From NCBI GenBank assembly GCA_964511065.1, contig CAZEEG010000002.1, positions 41,960 to 105,959 of the forward strand: 64,000 nucleotides of DNA. Reading direction: 5' to 3'. The notes beneath the pieces are model-generated. The model saw only the letters and a list, made by a program, of their open reading frames with translations, had not been told where the DNA came from and made no database searches. Shown one piece after another: positions 48,328 to 58,756 of this stretch. The position numbers and the translations under genes were made by a program. The stretch comes from an uncultured Pirellulales bacterium (lineage in GTDB: Bacteria; Planctomycetota; Planctomycetia; Pirellulales; S012-138). Every line of letters starts with the position of its first letter. Position 1 is the first letter of the stretch.

Positions 48328-49536
48328 ATGTCCTTACGCTTACTGGTTGGCTGCTTGCTGCTGGCAATGATTGGGTTTGCCGGTTGTGGGCAAGACAAAG
48401 CCCCGGAGGGCGATCCCAATCCGACCTCGACGCCCCCCTCGTCGCAGTCCACCCCGGCACCGGCCGATACACAAGTGGCCGGCGATCCGGCGACTCGGCC
48501 GGCAGACCAGAGCGATCCATCTGTTCCAACCGATGACAGCAAGCCGGGTTCGGACTCCAAGGGGCACCCCCCCTCGACAAACGGCGAAACGCCGGCCAGC
48601 CCCGATGTCCCGCTTGGCAACGATACTTTGCCATTTAGTGGATCAGGGGTGACGCAGCCGAAAACGATGGCGGGCAAAGAACCGGCGGAAGGGCCAGGGT
48701 TCCCATCGCCCGACAAGATCAGCCCTGTAGAAAACGATCCGCCCATTCAGCAGCGCGAAGAACGCAAGCCCATGGCTCCGCCGCCGGAAGCCGAGGGTCT
48801 GGTACGCATCACGCCCGACCACGATGTCTGGCTCGACGGCAAGAACAAACGGATTGTGCTGGGGGCCAAGGTGGTGCTGCAGCGAGGGCCGCTGGAATTG
48901 TTCTGCACGCTGGCCGAGCAAAAAGAGCACGAGGCCGTGCTTTCCGTGCTGACCGAAGCCTACTTCGTTCACGCGGCCCTGGTGAGCTTTGGGTTTGATC
49001 CGGGCCGGCCCGTACAATTCCGGCCCGAGTATCAACCGGCCCAAGGCCCTGAAATCGAGATCACCGTCCACTGGACCGACGAAAACGGCAAGCGGCAAAG
49101 TGCCCGGGGCCAAGACTGGGTGCGAAACACCGAAACCGGCAAGGCCCTGGAGTATCCCTGGGTCTTTGGCGGCAGCAGCTTGTGGCAAGACCAGGACACC
49201 GGCCAATCGCACTACCTGGCCGAAGGTGGCGACTTCATCTGCGTTTCCAACTTCCCCAGCGCGATGATCGACCTGCCGATCCGCAGCACCGATACCAACG
49301 CGGCGCTGCTGTTTGAAGCGTTCACCGAGCGCATCCCTCCCCGGGGAACGGAAGTGGCCATCGTGCTGACGCCCAAACCGTGGAAGAGGCCCGCGGCCAA
49401 CGAGGCTGCCGACGATGGGCCCGTGGAAGCGCCCGCTCCCGAGGAAGTTGGCAATGCCACAGGTGCCGACCATCCGGCCCCGGTAACCGCCAATCCCGCC
49501 GATGATGGTCCGGTGGAAGCGCCGCCGGCACAGTAG
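48328..49536 (+). CDS. YdjY-domain lipoprotein
   Basis: Lipobox FAGC, Pro-rich linker, LELFC..KEHEAVL..VHAAL..WVFGGS..GDFICVSNF. Confidence 0.75.
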   Translation: MSLRLLVGCLLLAMIGFAGCGQDKAPEGDPNPTSTPPSSQSTPAPADTQVAGDPATRPADQSDPSVPTDDSKPGSDSKGHPPSTNGETPASPDVPLGNDTLPFSGSGVTQPKTMAGKEPAEGPGFPSPDKISPVENDPPIQQREERKPMAPPPEAEGLVRITPDHDVWLDGKNKRIVLGAKVVLQRGPLELFCTLAEQKEHEAVLSVLTEAYFVHAALVSFGFDPGRPVQFRPEYQPAQGPEIEITVHWTDENGKRQSARGQDWVRNTETGKALEYPWVFGGSSLWQDQDTGQSHYLAEGGDFICVSNFPSAMIDLPIRSTDTNAALLFEAFTERIPPRGTEVAIVLTPKPWKRPAANEAADDGPVEAPAPEEVGNATGADHPAPVTANPADDGPVEAPPAQ

Positions 49537-49635
49537 CCACGGGGACATAACATCGGCCATTGGGGGCAAAGCTGCGGCAACTTGAATGGCCGGCCCGCCG
49601 CGGCGCACCAAGGCGAAATGCACACGACGGCTCGG

Positions 49636-51147
49636 CTAGCCGTGCTGGTCCACCCAAATCGGCGTGAGCCAGGCCCAGTGGCCGTTTCGCTGCGCCACGC
49701 GAAGCTGGTAGCGGTCGCTGGGCTGTTGCGGTGGATCGGTAAACTCAGCCGAAGCCCGGCACGCTTCCAGCGGCACGGCCGGCCCCACCTGCATGGCTTC
49801 CGTCAACCAGCCCCGCAGAAACTCACTCCTCGGCCCGGCGAGCAGATCCCCCAGGGCATAACGGTACCGCTTGCCGTTGACCACCATGTGAATTTGTGCG
49901 GACAGGGGCGCGGCAATCTCCAGCGACAACTCCTGGTACGTGGCATGTCGCATGGTGAGGTTGCCGGTGGTGACACTCCGCCACGCGATCCGCCGCGGTC
50001 CTTGCTCAAGCACGGCGTGCGGCAGGTCGTGCTCATCGTCTGGAGAATCAGCGGCCGCATGCGCGCCCTGCTTGGGGGCGACCACCGCTTGGCCCGAGAA
50101 GCAGGTTTCCAGCCGCGCGATCTCGCCGTCGGAAAGCGAAAGCTCCGCCTGCCAGGTGATGGGGACATCTTTGCGGCCCCAGCCCCAGGCCATCCGCACC
50201 CGATATCGACCGCTGGGGCTTTCCACGCCGGGCACCCCTTGGGCCTCAATGAGCCGATAGCGCCGGCCATTCTTCAATAGCTCGACACGGTCCAGCGCGT
50301 CGCTGCCTTCTACGGCAATCCGCACCTGGCGCGGCCCCGCGGCAACCACTTCCTCGCCAATCCAAGCTCCGTCTACCCACAGCCGAGCATCGATTTTGTC
50401 GCCGGTGGCGGCGTATACCCTGCGGGAAAGCAGTGCTTCCCAGATCGCCTGGCGGGAAAGCTCCTGGGCCAACACGGCGACTCGGCCGGCCCCGTGGCTG
50501 CCCGGATAGGCTCCGTGGTGATCGGTCGAGGCGATGATCCCGAAGCGGTGCCCTGCCTCCCAACCGGCAGCGGCGGTACTGCCGGCATCGCGCGGCCCCA
50601 TGTCATGCAGGTACGGAAACGGAGCCCAAGTGCTTTCGGCGCAGCCGTGCAGTGAGAAGATTTCGACCATCGGCGACCTCTCGGCCGAGTAATGCCGCCA
50701 GTCGATGCCGCGATAGCCGGCGCGGTAACCGATATGGTGCGGAATGCAGATCGCACCGCTGGGCCGCAGTATCTCGCGCAAGCGCGGCAGGTCTGGAGCA
50801 TCGCGCAGTTCCAACTCGGGCCCGGGCGCGTAAACATTGTGGTCGCCATACTGGCACGAGTGCCATTCGTAGCTGGGTAGCGCCACGAACTGCCCTTGGA
50901 TCGTGGCTGCCTCCAGGGCCGAAAGCAGCTTTTCCCAATTGCCGGCCAGCCGCGCGAAACCTTCGCGATGATAGTCGATGATCTCGGCATAGCGGCCGCG
51001 GTCGGTGGGCATGTCGGGCCAGAAGGCATGGCCGGTGACCGAACAGAAATCGAGTTGCTGCCGCGCCCTGGCCAGGGCCTGCTCTACCGTACCATGCCCG
51101 TAACTGATGGAGCAGTGATTGTGCAGGTCTCCCCAATAGAGGTTCAT
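49636..51147 (-). CDS. DUF3604 / PHP-like metal-dependent hydrolase
   Basis: YWGDLHNH; DFCSVTGH; YEW; IPHH; GIIASTDHH; RRVYAATG; C-terminal AWLTPIWV. Confidence 0.8.
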   Translation of the reverse strand: MNLYWGDLHNHCSISYGHGTVEQALARARQQLDFCSVTGHAFWPDMPTDRGRYAEIIDYHREGFARLAGNWEKLLSALEAATIQGQFVALPSYEWHSCQYGDHNVYAPGPELELRDAPDLPRLREILRPSGAICIPHHIGYRAGYRGIDWRHYSAERSPMVEIFSLHGCAESTWAPFPYLHDMGPRDAGSTAAAGWEAGHRFGIIASTDHHGAYPGSHGAGRVAVLAQELSRQAIWEALLSRRVYAATGDKIDARLWVDGAWIGEEVVAAGPRQVRIAVEGSDALDRVELLKNGRRYRLIEAQGVPGVESPSGRYRVRMAWGWGRKDVPITWQAELSLSDGEIARLETCFSGQAVVAPKQGAHAAADSPDDEHDLPHAVLEQGPRRIAWRSVTTGNLTMRHATYQELSLEIAAPLSAQIHMVVNGKRYRYALGDLLAGPRSEFLRGWLTEAMQVGPAVPLEACRASAEFTDPPQQPSDRYQLRVAQRNGHWAWLTPIWVDQHG

Positions 51148-51327
51148 GGCACAGACCGGATGAGATGATGGAAGAGGGGCTGAGGATGCATTTGAGCGTA
51201 TTGATGGATCATTGCGCTGCAAGTGTCCACTTCCTCAGCGCTAGTTCGTTGAACCACCTGTTGTGCGGAAAAACGAAAGTACCGCAACGCGATCCCATCG
51301 CGCTGCTGGCACGAACATCAAGGCCTT

Positions 51328-51370
51328 AAAAAAAGCCGGCGCGTCGAATTTCATTGTTCGACGCGCCGGC
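51328..51370 (-). terminator. Intrinsic terminator of the PPIase gene
   Basis: Perfect 14-bp stem GCCGGCGCGTCGAA/TTCGACGCGCCGGC with an adjacent A7 (U7 on the minus-strand transcript). Confidence 0.85.
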
Positions 51371-51448
51371 AAGGCTCTTCATTCCGTGCCCCGGAATGAT
51401 GAATATCCAGCGGGCGGATTTTGGATTTTCGGACGATGAACCACCGTG

Positions 51449-52702
51449 CTACTGGTTCTCTTGCGGCGGTTGCTCGTCATTGGCCGGCTTTTCATCCGCA
51501 GGCTTGTCGTCGGCTGGTTTGTTGTCCGCCGGTTTGTCGTCAGCCGGCTTGTCGCTGGCAGGCGGCTCGGTGGATTCCTGCTTGGGCTCGGGATCGCCCA
51601 CCTTGCGGAAGGTGTAATCGTGATCCCGCTTGTTCAGAACGGTCGCCTTCAGGATCTTGTCGGCTTCCTTGGTGCCGGGCTGGTCGGGCGTTCGTTTGTG
51701 AATCGCATCGACCACGTCCATGCCTTCAATCACGCGGCCAAAGACCGTGTGCTTGCCGTCCAGATGCCGCGTCGGCTTGAAGGTGATGTAAAACTGCGAA
51801 CCGCCCGTGTCGCGGCCAGCATGCGCCATGGCGACCGATCCGCGGAAGTGTTTGCGGGCGTCGGGCTTGTAGCATTCGCAGGGGATGTTGTAGCCGGGGC
51901 CGCCCTGGCCGGTGCCTTCGGGATCACCGGTTTGGGCCATGAAATTGCGAATCACACGGTGGAAGATCACGCCATCGTAGAAGCCGTCCTCGGCCAGCGT
52001 GATGAAGTGGGCCACCGTGTTGGGGGCGTCGTTCTCAAACAGTTCGATAACAACATCGCCCTTGGTCGTTTCCAGCTTGACCCGGGGCAGAGCCATGGGA
52101 TCGCCTTGAGGCTTGGCATCGCGCTCGCGGGCCTTCTGCTCGGCTTCCCAAATCTCGCGTTCCTGGGAGATTTCGTTCAGGAACTGCTCGCCGGGAAATT
52201 CCTTCTCTTGCTTGGCCATCTCGGCCTTGGCCGTGTTGAGGTAGCTCTCGGCCTTGTCGAGCTGAGTCAATTCGAACGCAGCCTGGCCGGCCACCATATA
52301 GATTTCGGCGTCCTCGGGCTTATTGGCAATGATTTGATCGGCCATTTCGATCGTTTTTTCGTAGTGCCCCTCGTAGTAGTACTTGCGGGCGAGCCCCTGC
52401 ACAAACTCCGAAATCCGTGGATCATTGGGCGCGGATTTGTAAGCCGACAGCGCCTCGGCCTCTAGCTGGGGAAACAGTTCCTCGGCCTGCTTCAGCTTGG
52501 TGTTAAACTCCGTTTCCAGCGGGGAACGGTTTTCGGGCTCGGCCACCTTGTATTGGGCCTGAATCTCGCGGAGGCGATTGAGCAGGGTGACCCATTGCTC
52601 GAACTTTTGTTTGAACTCGGTGGCGGTTCCGCCGTTCTCTTGGGCGGCAGCCGGCATCACCAGCAAACCTGTCATCAACAATCCGCACAGTACACGCAGC
52701 AT
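51449..52702 (-). CDS. Secreted cyclophilin-type peptidyl-prolyl cis-trans isomerase with N-terminal TPR-like helices
   Basis: Signal peptide; [50 protein letters not shown]. Confidence 0.93.
   Translation of the reverse strand: MLRVLCGLLMTGLLVMPAAAQENGGTATEFKQKFEQWVTLLNRLREIQAQYKVAEPENRSPLETEFNTKLKQAEELFPQLEAEALSAYKSAPNDPRISEFVQGLARKYYYEGHYEKTIEMADQIIANKPEDAEIYMVAGQAAFELTQLDKAESYLNTAKAEMAKQEKEFPGEQFLNEISQEREIWEAEQKARERDAKPQGDPMALPRVKLETTKGDVVIELFENDAPNTVAHFITLAEDGFYDGVIFHRVIRNFMAQTGDPEGTGQGGPGYNIPCECYKPDARKHFRGSVAMAHAGRDTGGSQFYITFKPTRHLDGKHTVFGRVIEGMDVVDAIHKRTPDQPGTKEADKILKATVLNKRDHDYTFRKVGDPEPKQESTEPPASDKPADDKPADNKPADDKPADEKPANDEQPPQENQ
51474..51563 (-). repeat. 15-bp coding tandem repeat (PADDK-like x6) in the PPIase tail
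   Basis: [30 protein letters not shown]. Confidence 0.8.
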
Positions 52703-53455
52703 GAGTCTTGTTCCTCCTCGGTACGCCCCCAGCGGCCCCCAGTAACGGGAGCCAGGAGCCAAACGCCGGAATGATCGGTCGTAACGTCTTGTGATTGGGC
52801 TTATTAGCAGATAGCCACCTGTAGCCGACCCACGATCGGCCAGCCATCGGGGGGAACTAAGGTGGGAACCGGCCGCCCCCCCGCGACGCCAACCGGGCAA
52901 CCTTGCCGGCTGCCGCTGGCAACCAATCGCGATAAGCTACCATGTTCGGCCCAACCGCGGAAAGGGTAGCTCGTCGAGCCAAACTTTCACCGCGGTTGCG
53001 CACTCGCACCTCGTTGGGTCGAGTCCGCCCGCTCGGCATATAGTGGTGCCACCGCGGCTCCCCCACCCTGCGCGCCACCCCGTGAAGCCCACCAGGCAGC
53101 CCCCCCGTAGACAGGGGGCCAAACTCCGCAGCTTCGCCCGCCACTTTTTGCCGCAAGTCCATACCAATCGGTACGCGACTCCCCTTAAAGGTGTTCTATC
53201 ACCGGGGCGTCGCTGCGACCAGTTTTTCCCGGCGAACCGGCTCGGGTACTCGCCGATCGGGCTGGTGCTTCCCCCCGAGCCCCGAAGGAGACGATGGTGC
53301 GATGGATCGGTGCGCCGCCAAGTCCCGGTTGTCGAACGATCGGCGCCGAGAACCTTTCGTTTATTAGGACAATCCCCGCCATCTCGGCGGGTCGGCGTGA
53401 GCCAAGCGGATCTTAGCTGCGCAGGTGTCCATAAAACCTGCGTGGTTTCAGGCCA

Positions 53456-54745
53456 CTATTGCTTGCCGATGCAGAACAGGTGTTTCTCGGTACGGATGAA
53501 GATTTGGCCGTTGCTGATGGCTGGCGATGCTGCACACGGTTCGCCCAATTCGTTGGCTGCGATCTCCTCGTACTCGGGACCGGGTTTGACAACCTTGGTC
53601 GTGCCGTCGTCGTCCAGGAAATACACCAGGTCGCCCGCGGTGACCAACGAGGTGTTGTACCGCCGGCCCATCCGCTTCATCCACTGCCGCTCGCCCGTGG
53701 AGGCGTTGAAGCAACTCGCAATGCCGTTGTCGGAAACCACGACAAAGTAATCGCCGCAGACCACCGGGGAGGGTACATAGCTGGCTCCTTCGCGAGTTCG
53801 CCAGGCGATATGCGTCTCGGTGACGTTGCCTTTGCCGTCGGGCCGAATCGCCATCATGTGCTTTTCAGGGAAGCCACAGGTGAGGAACACGTACTCGCCG
53901 TTGTAGACCATCGAAGCCACGAACTGCTCGGTGGGGCCGTCGATGTGCCAATGCCGCTGGCCAGTGGCCGGGTCGTAACTATCCACCGCGTGGCTGCCGG
54001 CCAGGATCATCTGCGTGCGGCCGTCGATCTCGCGGATGATGGGGGTAACGTAGCTTCGGGTGCGGTGTGCCCGATCGACCTTCCACACCGTCTGGCCACT
54101 GGTCTTGTCCAACGCTGCGATATAGGAATCGCCGTCGTGGTCGCCGTTGATGATGACCAGGTTCTTGTAAAGCACCGGCGAACTGCTGAAACCATGGACG
54201 CTCTTGAACGTGCCGGGACGGGCAATCCATTTCTGGTTGCCTTCAAAATCGTAGGCCGCTACCACCATATTCCCGGGTGTAAGCGGGCGTACACGCCCCA
54301 CGTTTCGCGTGGCGAGTTCCGTGCTGCCGTCGATCTCCAGGAACGCCACGTAGACACATTCGCCGTCGGTGGTGGGTGTGCCCGATGCGTGGCTGTTGAG
54401 GTTGTGCTTCACTTCCAGCGGGCAGGTGATCACGGTCTGCTGCCAGAGAATCTGGCCCGACTTACGATCGAGGCACAGGAGGACGCGCTGTTCGCTCTCG
54501 GGCAGGCAGGTGGTGAGAAAGATGCGGTTTTCCCAAACCACCGGCGAGGAATGGCCGACGCCGGGAATTTCCGCCTTCCAGGCAATGTTCTCCGTGGCGC
54601 TCCATTGGGTGGGCAGGTTCTTCTCCAGGCTGGTGCCATCGCCGCGAGGCCCGCGCCATCCATTCCAGTTTTCAGCCGTGGCCGTTGCGGCAAACACCAT
54701 CCATGCGGCAAAGGCAAACGTCGTTATCCCCACACGATTGAACAT
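53456..54745 (-). CDS. PQQ-binding-like beta-propeller repeat protein
   Basis: ENWNGWRGPRGDG; GHSSPVVW; repeated A/CLD..SG..LW motifs; ASPAISNGQIFIRT. Confidence 0.9.
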   Translation of the reverse strand: MFNRVGITTFAFAAWMVFAATATAENWNGWRGPRGDGTSLEKNLPTQWSATENIAWKAEIPGVGHSSPVVWENRIFLTTCLPESEQRVLLCLDRKSGQILWQQTVITCPLEVKHNLNSHASGTPTTDGECVYVAFLEIDGSTELATRNVGRVRPLTPGNMVVAAYDFEGNQKWIARPGTFKSVHGFSSSPVLYKNLVIINGDHDGDSYIAALDKTSGQTVWKVDRAHRTRSYVTPIIREIDGRTQMILAGSHAVDSYDPATGQRHWHIDGPTEQFVASMVYNGEYVFLTCGFPEKHMMAIRPDGKGNVTETHIAWRTREGASYVPSPVVCGDYFVVVSDNGIASCFNASTGERQWMKRMGRRYNTSLVTAGDLVYFLDDDGTTKVVKPGPEYEEIAANELGEPCAASPAISNGQIFIRTEKHLFCIGKQ

Positions 54746-54970
54746 GGTGAGTACTCTCGGCAGATGGATCACCGGGCAAACCAAGGCGGGCCAGGGAGGG
54801 CGCCGGCCGCTCAAATCAAACCGCGTCGATATTACCCAATTGCGGCCGAACATTTCCAACTGATTTTCAAAAGGTGCGCTTCCAGAAGGCAAGCGCGAGG
54901 TATCCCCGCCGGAGCGCCATCCCATTTGACGCCAGCGGCCTTTCGCCGTAGAACTACATAGCAACGCGAT

Positions 54971-55086
54971 CACGGTCGCTGGCGAGGGGCCCCTGCGATG
55001 GCGGCCTCCGAACCAGGTCAGGTCTTAACCGAAGCAGCCTTAAGGGGTAACCGCTAGGTGCGGCGGGCCTCTCGCCGGCAACCGTG
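54971..55086 (+). ncRNA. ffs: Signal recognition particle RNA (small bacterial 4.5S)
   Basis: Long hairpin closed by CACGGT..GGCGAGGGGCCC / GGGCCTCTCGCC..ACCGTG with the helix-8 core CAGGTCAGGTC-...-GAAGCAGCC; typical position upstream of dnaX. Confidence 0.9.
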
Positions 55087-55398
55087 GTCCAATCCAACCC
55101 GTCTCCCTATCCAAGGCGCGGTTGCCGTGCCCGGTCCCTGTGGACTGGCCGTTCTTAAAGGGGCGTCGCAGCCTGCCCCCCGCCCAGCAAAGGGAAGCAG
55201 CGCGGCGGTATGGCTTGCGTTTTCGTGAATGCCGGCCTGTCGGGCGCAGGGAGCCCTGGGCGAAATCCGCCACTGCTGGGAAACGGCCCGATTCATGCTT
55301 GCTACCGGGCCGTAGCTTCCGAAAATGTTCTGCGCCGGCGGCGGACGCGTTGCCGCCATGGACTGTTACGTTCTCCTTTCGCTCGCCCGGTGGTTGTC

Positions 55399-57333
55399 AT
55401 GGCTGCTGCGAACACCTCGGATTATGTCGTCGTTGCTCGCCGCTATCGGCCCCAGCAGTTTGACGAACTGGTGGGCCAGGAGCACGTTGCCCGGGCGCTA
55501 GAAGGCGCCATCACTGCCGGCCGGGTAGGGCATGCGTACTTGTTCACGGGAGCCCGAGGGGTCGGCAAGACATCCACCGCGCGCATCTTGGCCAAGGCGC
55601 TCAATTGCGTGAACGGGCCAACCCCGCGTCCCTGCGATCAGTGCGATAGCTGCCTGGCTATCAGTGCCGGCCGCGATGTGGACGTGCTGGAAATCGACGG
55701 CGCCAGCAATCGCGGGATCGACGAGATTCGCCAATTGCGGCAGAACGCGGGCGTCCGGCCCAGCCGCTCGCGGTTCAAGATCTACATCATCGACGAAGTC
55801 CACATGCTCACCAAGGAGGCTTTCAATGCCCTGCTCAAGACGTTGGAAGAACCGCCCGAGCACGTGAAGTTCATCTTCGCTACCACCGAACCGGAAAGGC
55901 TGCCGGTCACGGTGCTCTCGCGATGCCAACGGTTTGATTTCGCAGGCATCCGCAGCGACTCCATCACCGCCAGGCTGCGGCAGATTGTAGAAGTCGAAGG
56001 TGTGCAGGCCGAAGACGACGCGTTGGCGCTGCTGGCCCGCCGGGCGGGCGGCTCCATGCGCGACAGCCAATCGCTGCTGGAACAACTGCTTTCGTTCGGC
56101 GGAAGCGAAATCACCGTGGCCGACGTGCATCGGATGCTGGGAACCGCCACCAGCAGCCGCATGGATGCCCTGGCCTCGGCCATCGCCCGGCGCGACGCCG
56201 CGGCGGCCCTCAAAGAATTGGATGCGTCGTTGACCGAAGGGGCCGACGCTGGCCAGATTCTCGATCAACTGCTGGGATACTGCCGCGACCTGATGGTGGC
56301 CGCCGTGGGCGGCGACCCGTCGCTGCTGCTGCAAACCGAGCCGGCGGCCATCCCAACCCTCCAGCAAGCCGCCAGCGATCTGGGCCTACCGACGATCCTG
56401 GCGATGCTTCAGATTCTGGATCACACGCAAGGGCGGCTGCGGATGACGACCAGCAGCCGAACCCTGGTGGAGTTGGCACTGGTGCGGCTGTGCTGCCTGG
56501 AGAACCTCTCTTCGCTCTCCAGCCTGATTCGGCAAGTTGCCGATGGTTCCATGCGGTTAGAGGGCACGCCCGCCGCTCCCAGCGGCAGCGCGTCCACCGC
56601 ATCAGCGGCAGCCACGGCCCAGGCGCCGGGGCCGCCAAGCCAGGCGGCCGCGCCAGCCGCTCCCCAGGTCGCCCCGCCGCAGGAGTCCTCAGAGCCGCCG
56701 GCTGCGCGAAAAAAAAACGAACCCGCCGAACGTAATACCGATTCGCTGGCGGCTGCCTCCCGGGCGTTTGCCGAAGCGGCCGCCCTCGACCGCAACGAAG
56801 AACCGGATTACGTGGCCACCGCCACCCTGGCCGACACAGCCGAGGAATTACCGACCGAACCGGGCGGTGATAGCAGCCTGGAAGCGGCCGAAGAACCACT
56901 CCCAGCGGCTGGACAGGTGGAACTCACACCGCAGACCATTGGGGAGCTTTGGAAGCAAGCGGTTGCCGATCTTGGAGTTACGCTATCGGAACACGCCTCA
57001 CATTTCCGCGAGATAGCAATTCTTGCGCCAAATCACCTAGCCGTAAGATTTCCGGAAAGATATAGTTTGTCGAAGTCGCTCTGCGAACATCCCGACAACG
57101 CCCTGCAAATTTCCCAAGCGCTATCGCAGATTACAGGGCGGCGGATGCGGATCGACTATCACTTGGACCCGCCCGAGAGCGATGCGGACTCCGGTGTCCG
57201 GCCCGTCCGTCGGCGGAGAACCCCCAGCGATTTGGTTCGCGAGTACTCCGGCCACCCGCTGGTGCAGCAGGCAACGGAGCTATTTGGTGCCCGATTGACG
57301 AGTGTCGACGAGCCGAATCCCGATCGAACCTGA
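55399..57333 (+). CDS. dnaX: DNA polymerase III subunit gamma/tau
   Basis: ARRYRPQQF; GARGVGKTS; Cys4 zinc motif; IIDEVHML; LKTLEEPP; SRC. Confidence 0.96.
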   Translation: MAAANTSDYVVVARRYRPQQFDELVGQEHVARALEGAITAGRVGHAYLFTGARGVGKTSTARILAKALNCVNGPTPRPCDQCDSCLAISAGRDVDVLEIDGASNRGIDEIRQLRQNAGVRPSRSRFKIYIIDEVHMLTKEAFNALLKTLEEPPEHVKFIFATTEPERLPVTVLSRCQRFDFAGIRSDSITARLRQIVEVEGVQAEDDALALLARRAGGSMRDSQSLLEQLLSFGGSEITVADVHRMLGTATSSRMDALASAIARRDAAAALKELDASLTEGADAGQILDQLLGYCRDLMVAAVGGDPSLLLQTEPAAIPTLQQAASDLGLPTILAMLQILDHTQGRLRMTTSSRTLVELALVRLCCLENLSSLSSLIRQVADGSMRLEGTPAAPSGSASTASAAATAQAPGPPSQAAAPAAPQVAPPQESSEPPAARKKNEPAERNTDSLAAASRAFAEAAALDRNEEPDYVATATLADTAEELPTEPGGDSSLEAAEEPLPAAGQVELTPQTIGELWKQAVADLGVTLSEHASHFREIAILAPNHLAVRFPERYSLSKSLCEHPDNALQISQALSQITGRRMRIDYHLDPPESDADSGVRPVRRRRTPSDLVREYSGHPLVQQATELFGARLTSVDEPNPDRT

Positions 57334-57501
57334 ACCTAATAAGACTTTCGAGGGACCAGGGCCGTAGGGGCGCTGAACGGACCACGGAACGAACCTCAGC
57401 AAACCCGATCATCCAAGATTCTCGAAGACCCAGGGCCATAGCCGTTGTGGCATTGTCGCGCCGGTCTCGCCACTCCCCCCAAGAACGCAGGGAACCGCAG
57501 C

Positions 57502-57876
57502 ATGTTTAAGAACCTGGGAGCTATCGCCTCGCTGATGAAGCAGGCACCGCAGATCATGGGGCGGCTCAAGAACCTGCACGAAGAACTGCGCGAGAAGCGC
57601 GCTGTCGGCAGCGGGGGGGCCGGGCTGGTTGAGGTCGAAGTCAACGGTCTGAGCGAAGTGCTGCGGTGCACGATTGATCCTTCGCTCGTCGAGCGCGGCG
57701 ACCGCGAACTGATTGAAGAACTGGTGATCGCGGCCACCAACCAGGCCATGGCCAAGGCGCGGCAGTTGCATGCTGAATTGATGAAGGATGCGACCGGCGG
57801 AATCAACCTGCCAGGGTTAGACGACGCTTTCGCCCAATGGACCGGAGGCCCGGGCGGCCCCCCCAATGCCCCCTAA
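57502..57876 (+). CDS. ybaB: YbaB/EbfC nucleoid-associated protein
   Basis: GSGGAGLVEVEVNG..IDP..EELVIAATNQA; lies between dnaX and recR. Confidence 0.93.
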   Translation: MFKNLGAIASLMKQAPQIMGRLKNLHEELREKRAVGSGGAGLVEVEVNGLSEVLRCTIDPSLVERGDRELIEELVIAATNQAMAKARQLHAELMKDATGGINLPGLDDAFAQWTGGPGGPPNAP

Positions 57877-57951
57877 GGCACCCCCCCATTGGGCGCGGGC
57901 AAGTCGTCAACATCTGCAAAGCCTGACCGCCTACAGGAGCGGTTGCCCCCC

Positions 57952-58545
57952 ATGATTAGCGACTCTGTCAACGAGCTGGTTGAGCAGTTTGCCAAGCTGC
58001 CAGGTATCGGCAAGAAGTCGGCCGAACGTTTGGCCTATCACGTGCTTCGGGCGCACAAGAACGAGGCACTCGCACTGGCCGAAGCCATTCGTAACGTCAA
58101 AGAAAACGTCCGGCACTGTAGCCAGTGTTATAATCTCTCTGAAGGGGAGTTGTGTTCCATCTGCCGCGACGCGCGGCGCGATCCCACGTTGTTGTGCGTG
58201 GTCGAGCAGCCGCGCGACCTGATGGCGATTGAACAAACAGGCCACTTTCCAGGGCTGTATCACGTCCTGCTGGGCCGCATCGCCCCGCTGGATGGCATTG
58301 GCCCTGAGCAATTGACGATCGACGCCCTCGTCCGCCGCGTTCGAGAAGGCCAGGTGCGCGAAGTCATCATGGCCACCAACCCCACCGTGGAGGGCGATGG
58401 TACGGCGCTACACATCACCAACCTGCTGGCCGAATTGCCGGTCAAGATCACGCGGCTGGCCCGCGGCATCACCACGGGCAGCGTGCTGGAGTTCGCCAAT
58501 AAAGAAATGCTCACTGATGCATTGAGTGGGCGGCAGCCATTCTGA
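57952..58545 (+). CDS. recR: Recombination mediator RecR
   Basis: [15 protein letters not shown]4 zinc finger; [22 protein letters not shown]. Confidence 0.96.
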   Translation: MISDSVNELVEQFAKLPGIGKKSAERLAYHVLRAHKNEALALAEAIRNVKENVRHCSQCYNLSEGELCSICRDARRDPTLLCVVEQPRDLMAIEQTGHFPGLYHVLLGRIAPLDGIGPEQLTIDALVRRVREGQVREVIMATNPTVEGDGTALHITNLLAELPVKITRLARGITTGSVLEFANKEMLTDALSGRQPF

Positions 58546-58661
58546 ATGGAGGCGATGCACTTTTTGAAAGAAACGGGAACCGACTTTGACCGCCGCGCGG
58601 TTGCAGCAACTGGGGTGCCGATAAGCAATTAGCACTTGCTTGCCCTTCGCTGCTGGATGAG

Positions 58662-58677
58662 CGGCACAGGATTTGCT
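58662..58677 (+). promoter_or_regulatory. Sigma54 -24/-12 element upstream of rpoN
   Basis: CGGCACAGGATTTGCT: GG at 58663-64 and GC at 58675-76, 80 bp before the rpoN ATG. Confidence 0.7.
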
Positions 58678-58756
58678 CACATTGTTTGGGTCGGATCTTA
58701 GGTCGGGCATCCGACCCCCCTCCCACAGGAAGTTCATCTTTCGCAGCCGGGTTGCT

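Noticed and set aside
49408..49530. Duplicated ADDGPVEAP peptide in the YdjY-like protein tail
   Set aside because: Ordinary low-complexity linker duplication.
52703..53455. RNase P RNA, tmRNA or tRNA in the long intergenic gap
   Set aside because: No GAGGAAAGTCC-type RNase P motif, T-loop/CCA ends or cloverleaf found on either strand by eye.
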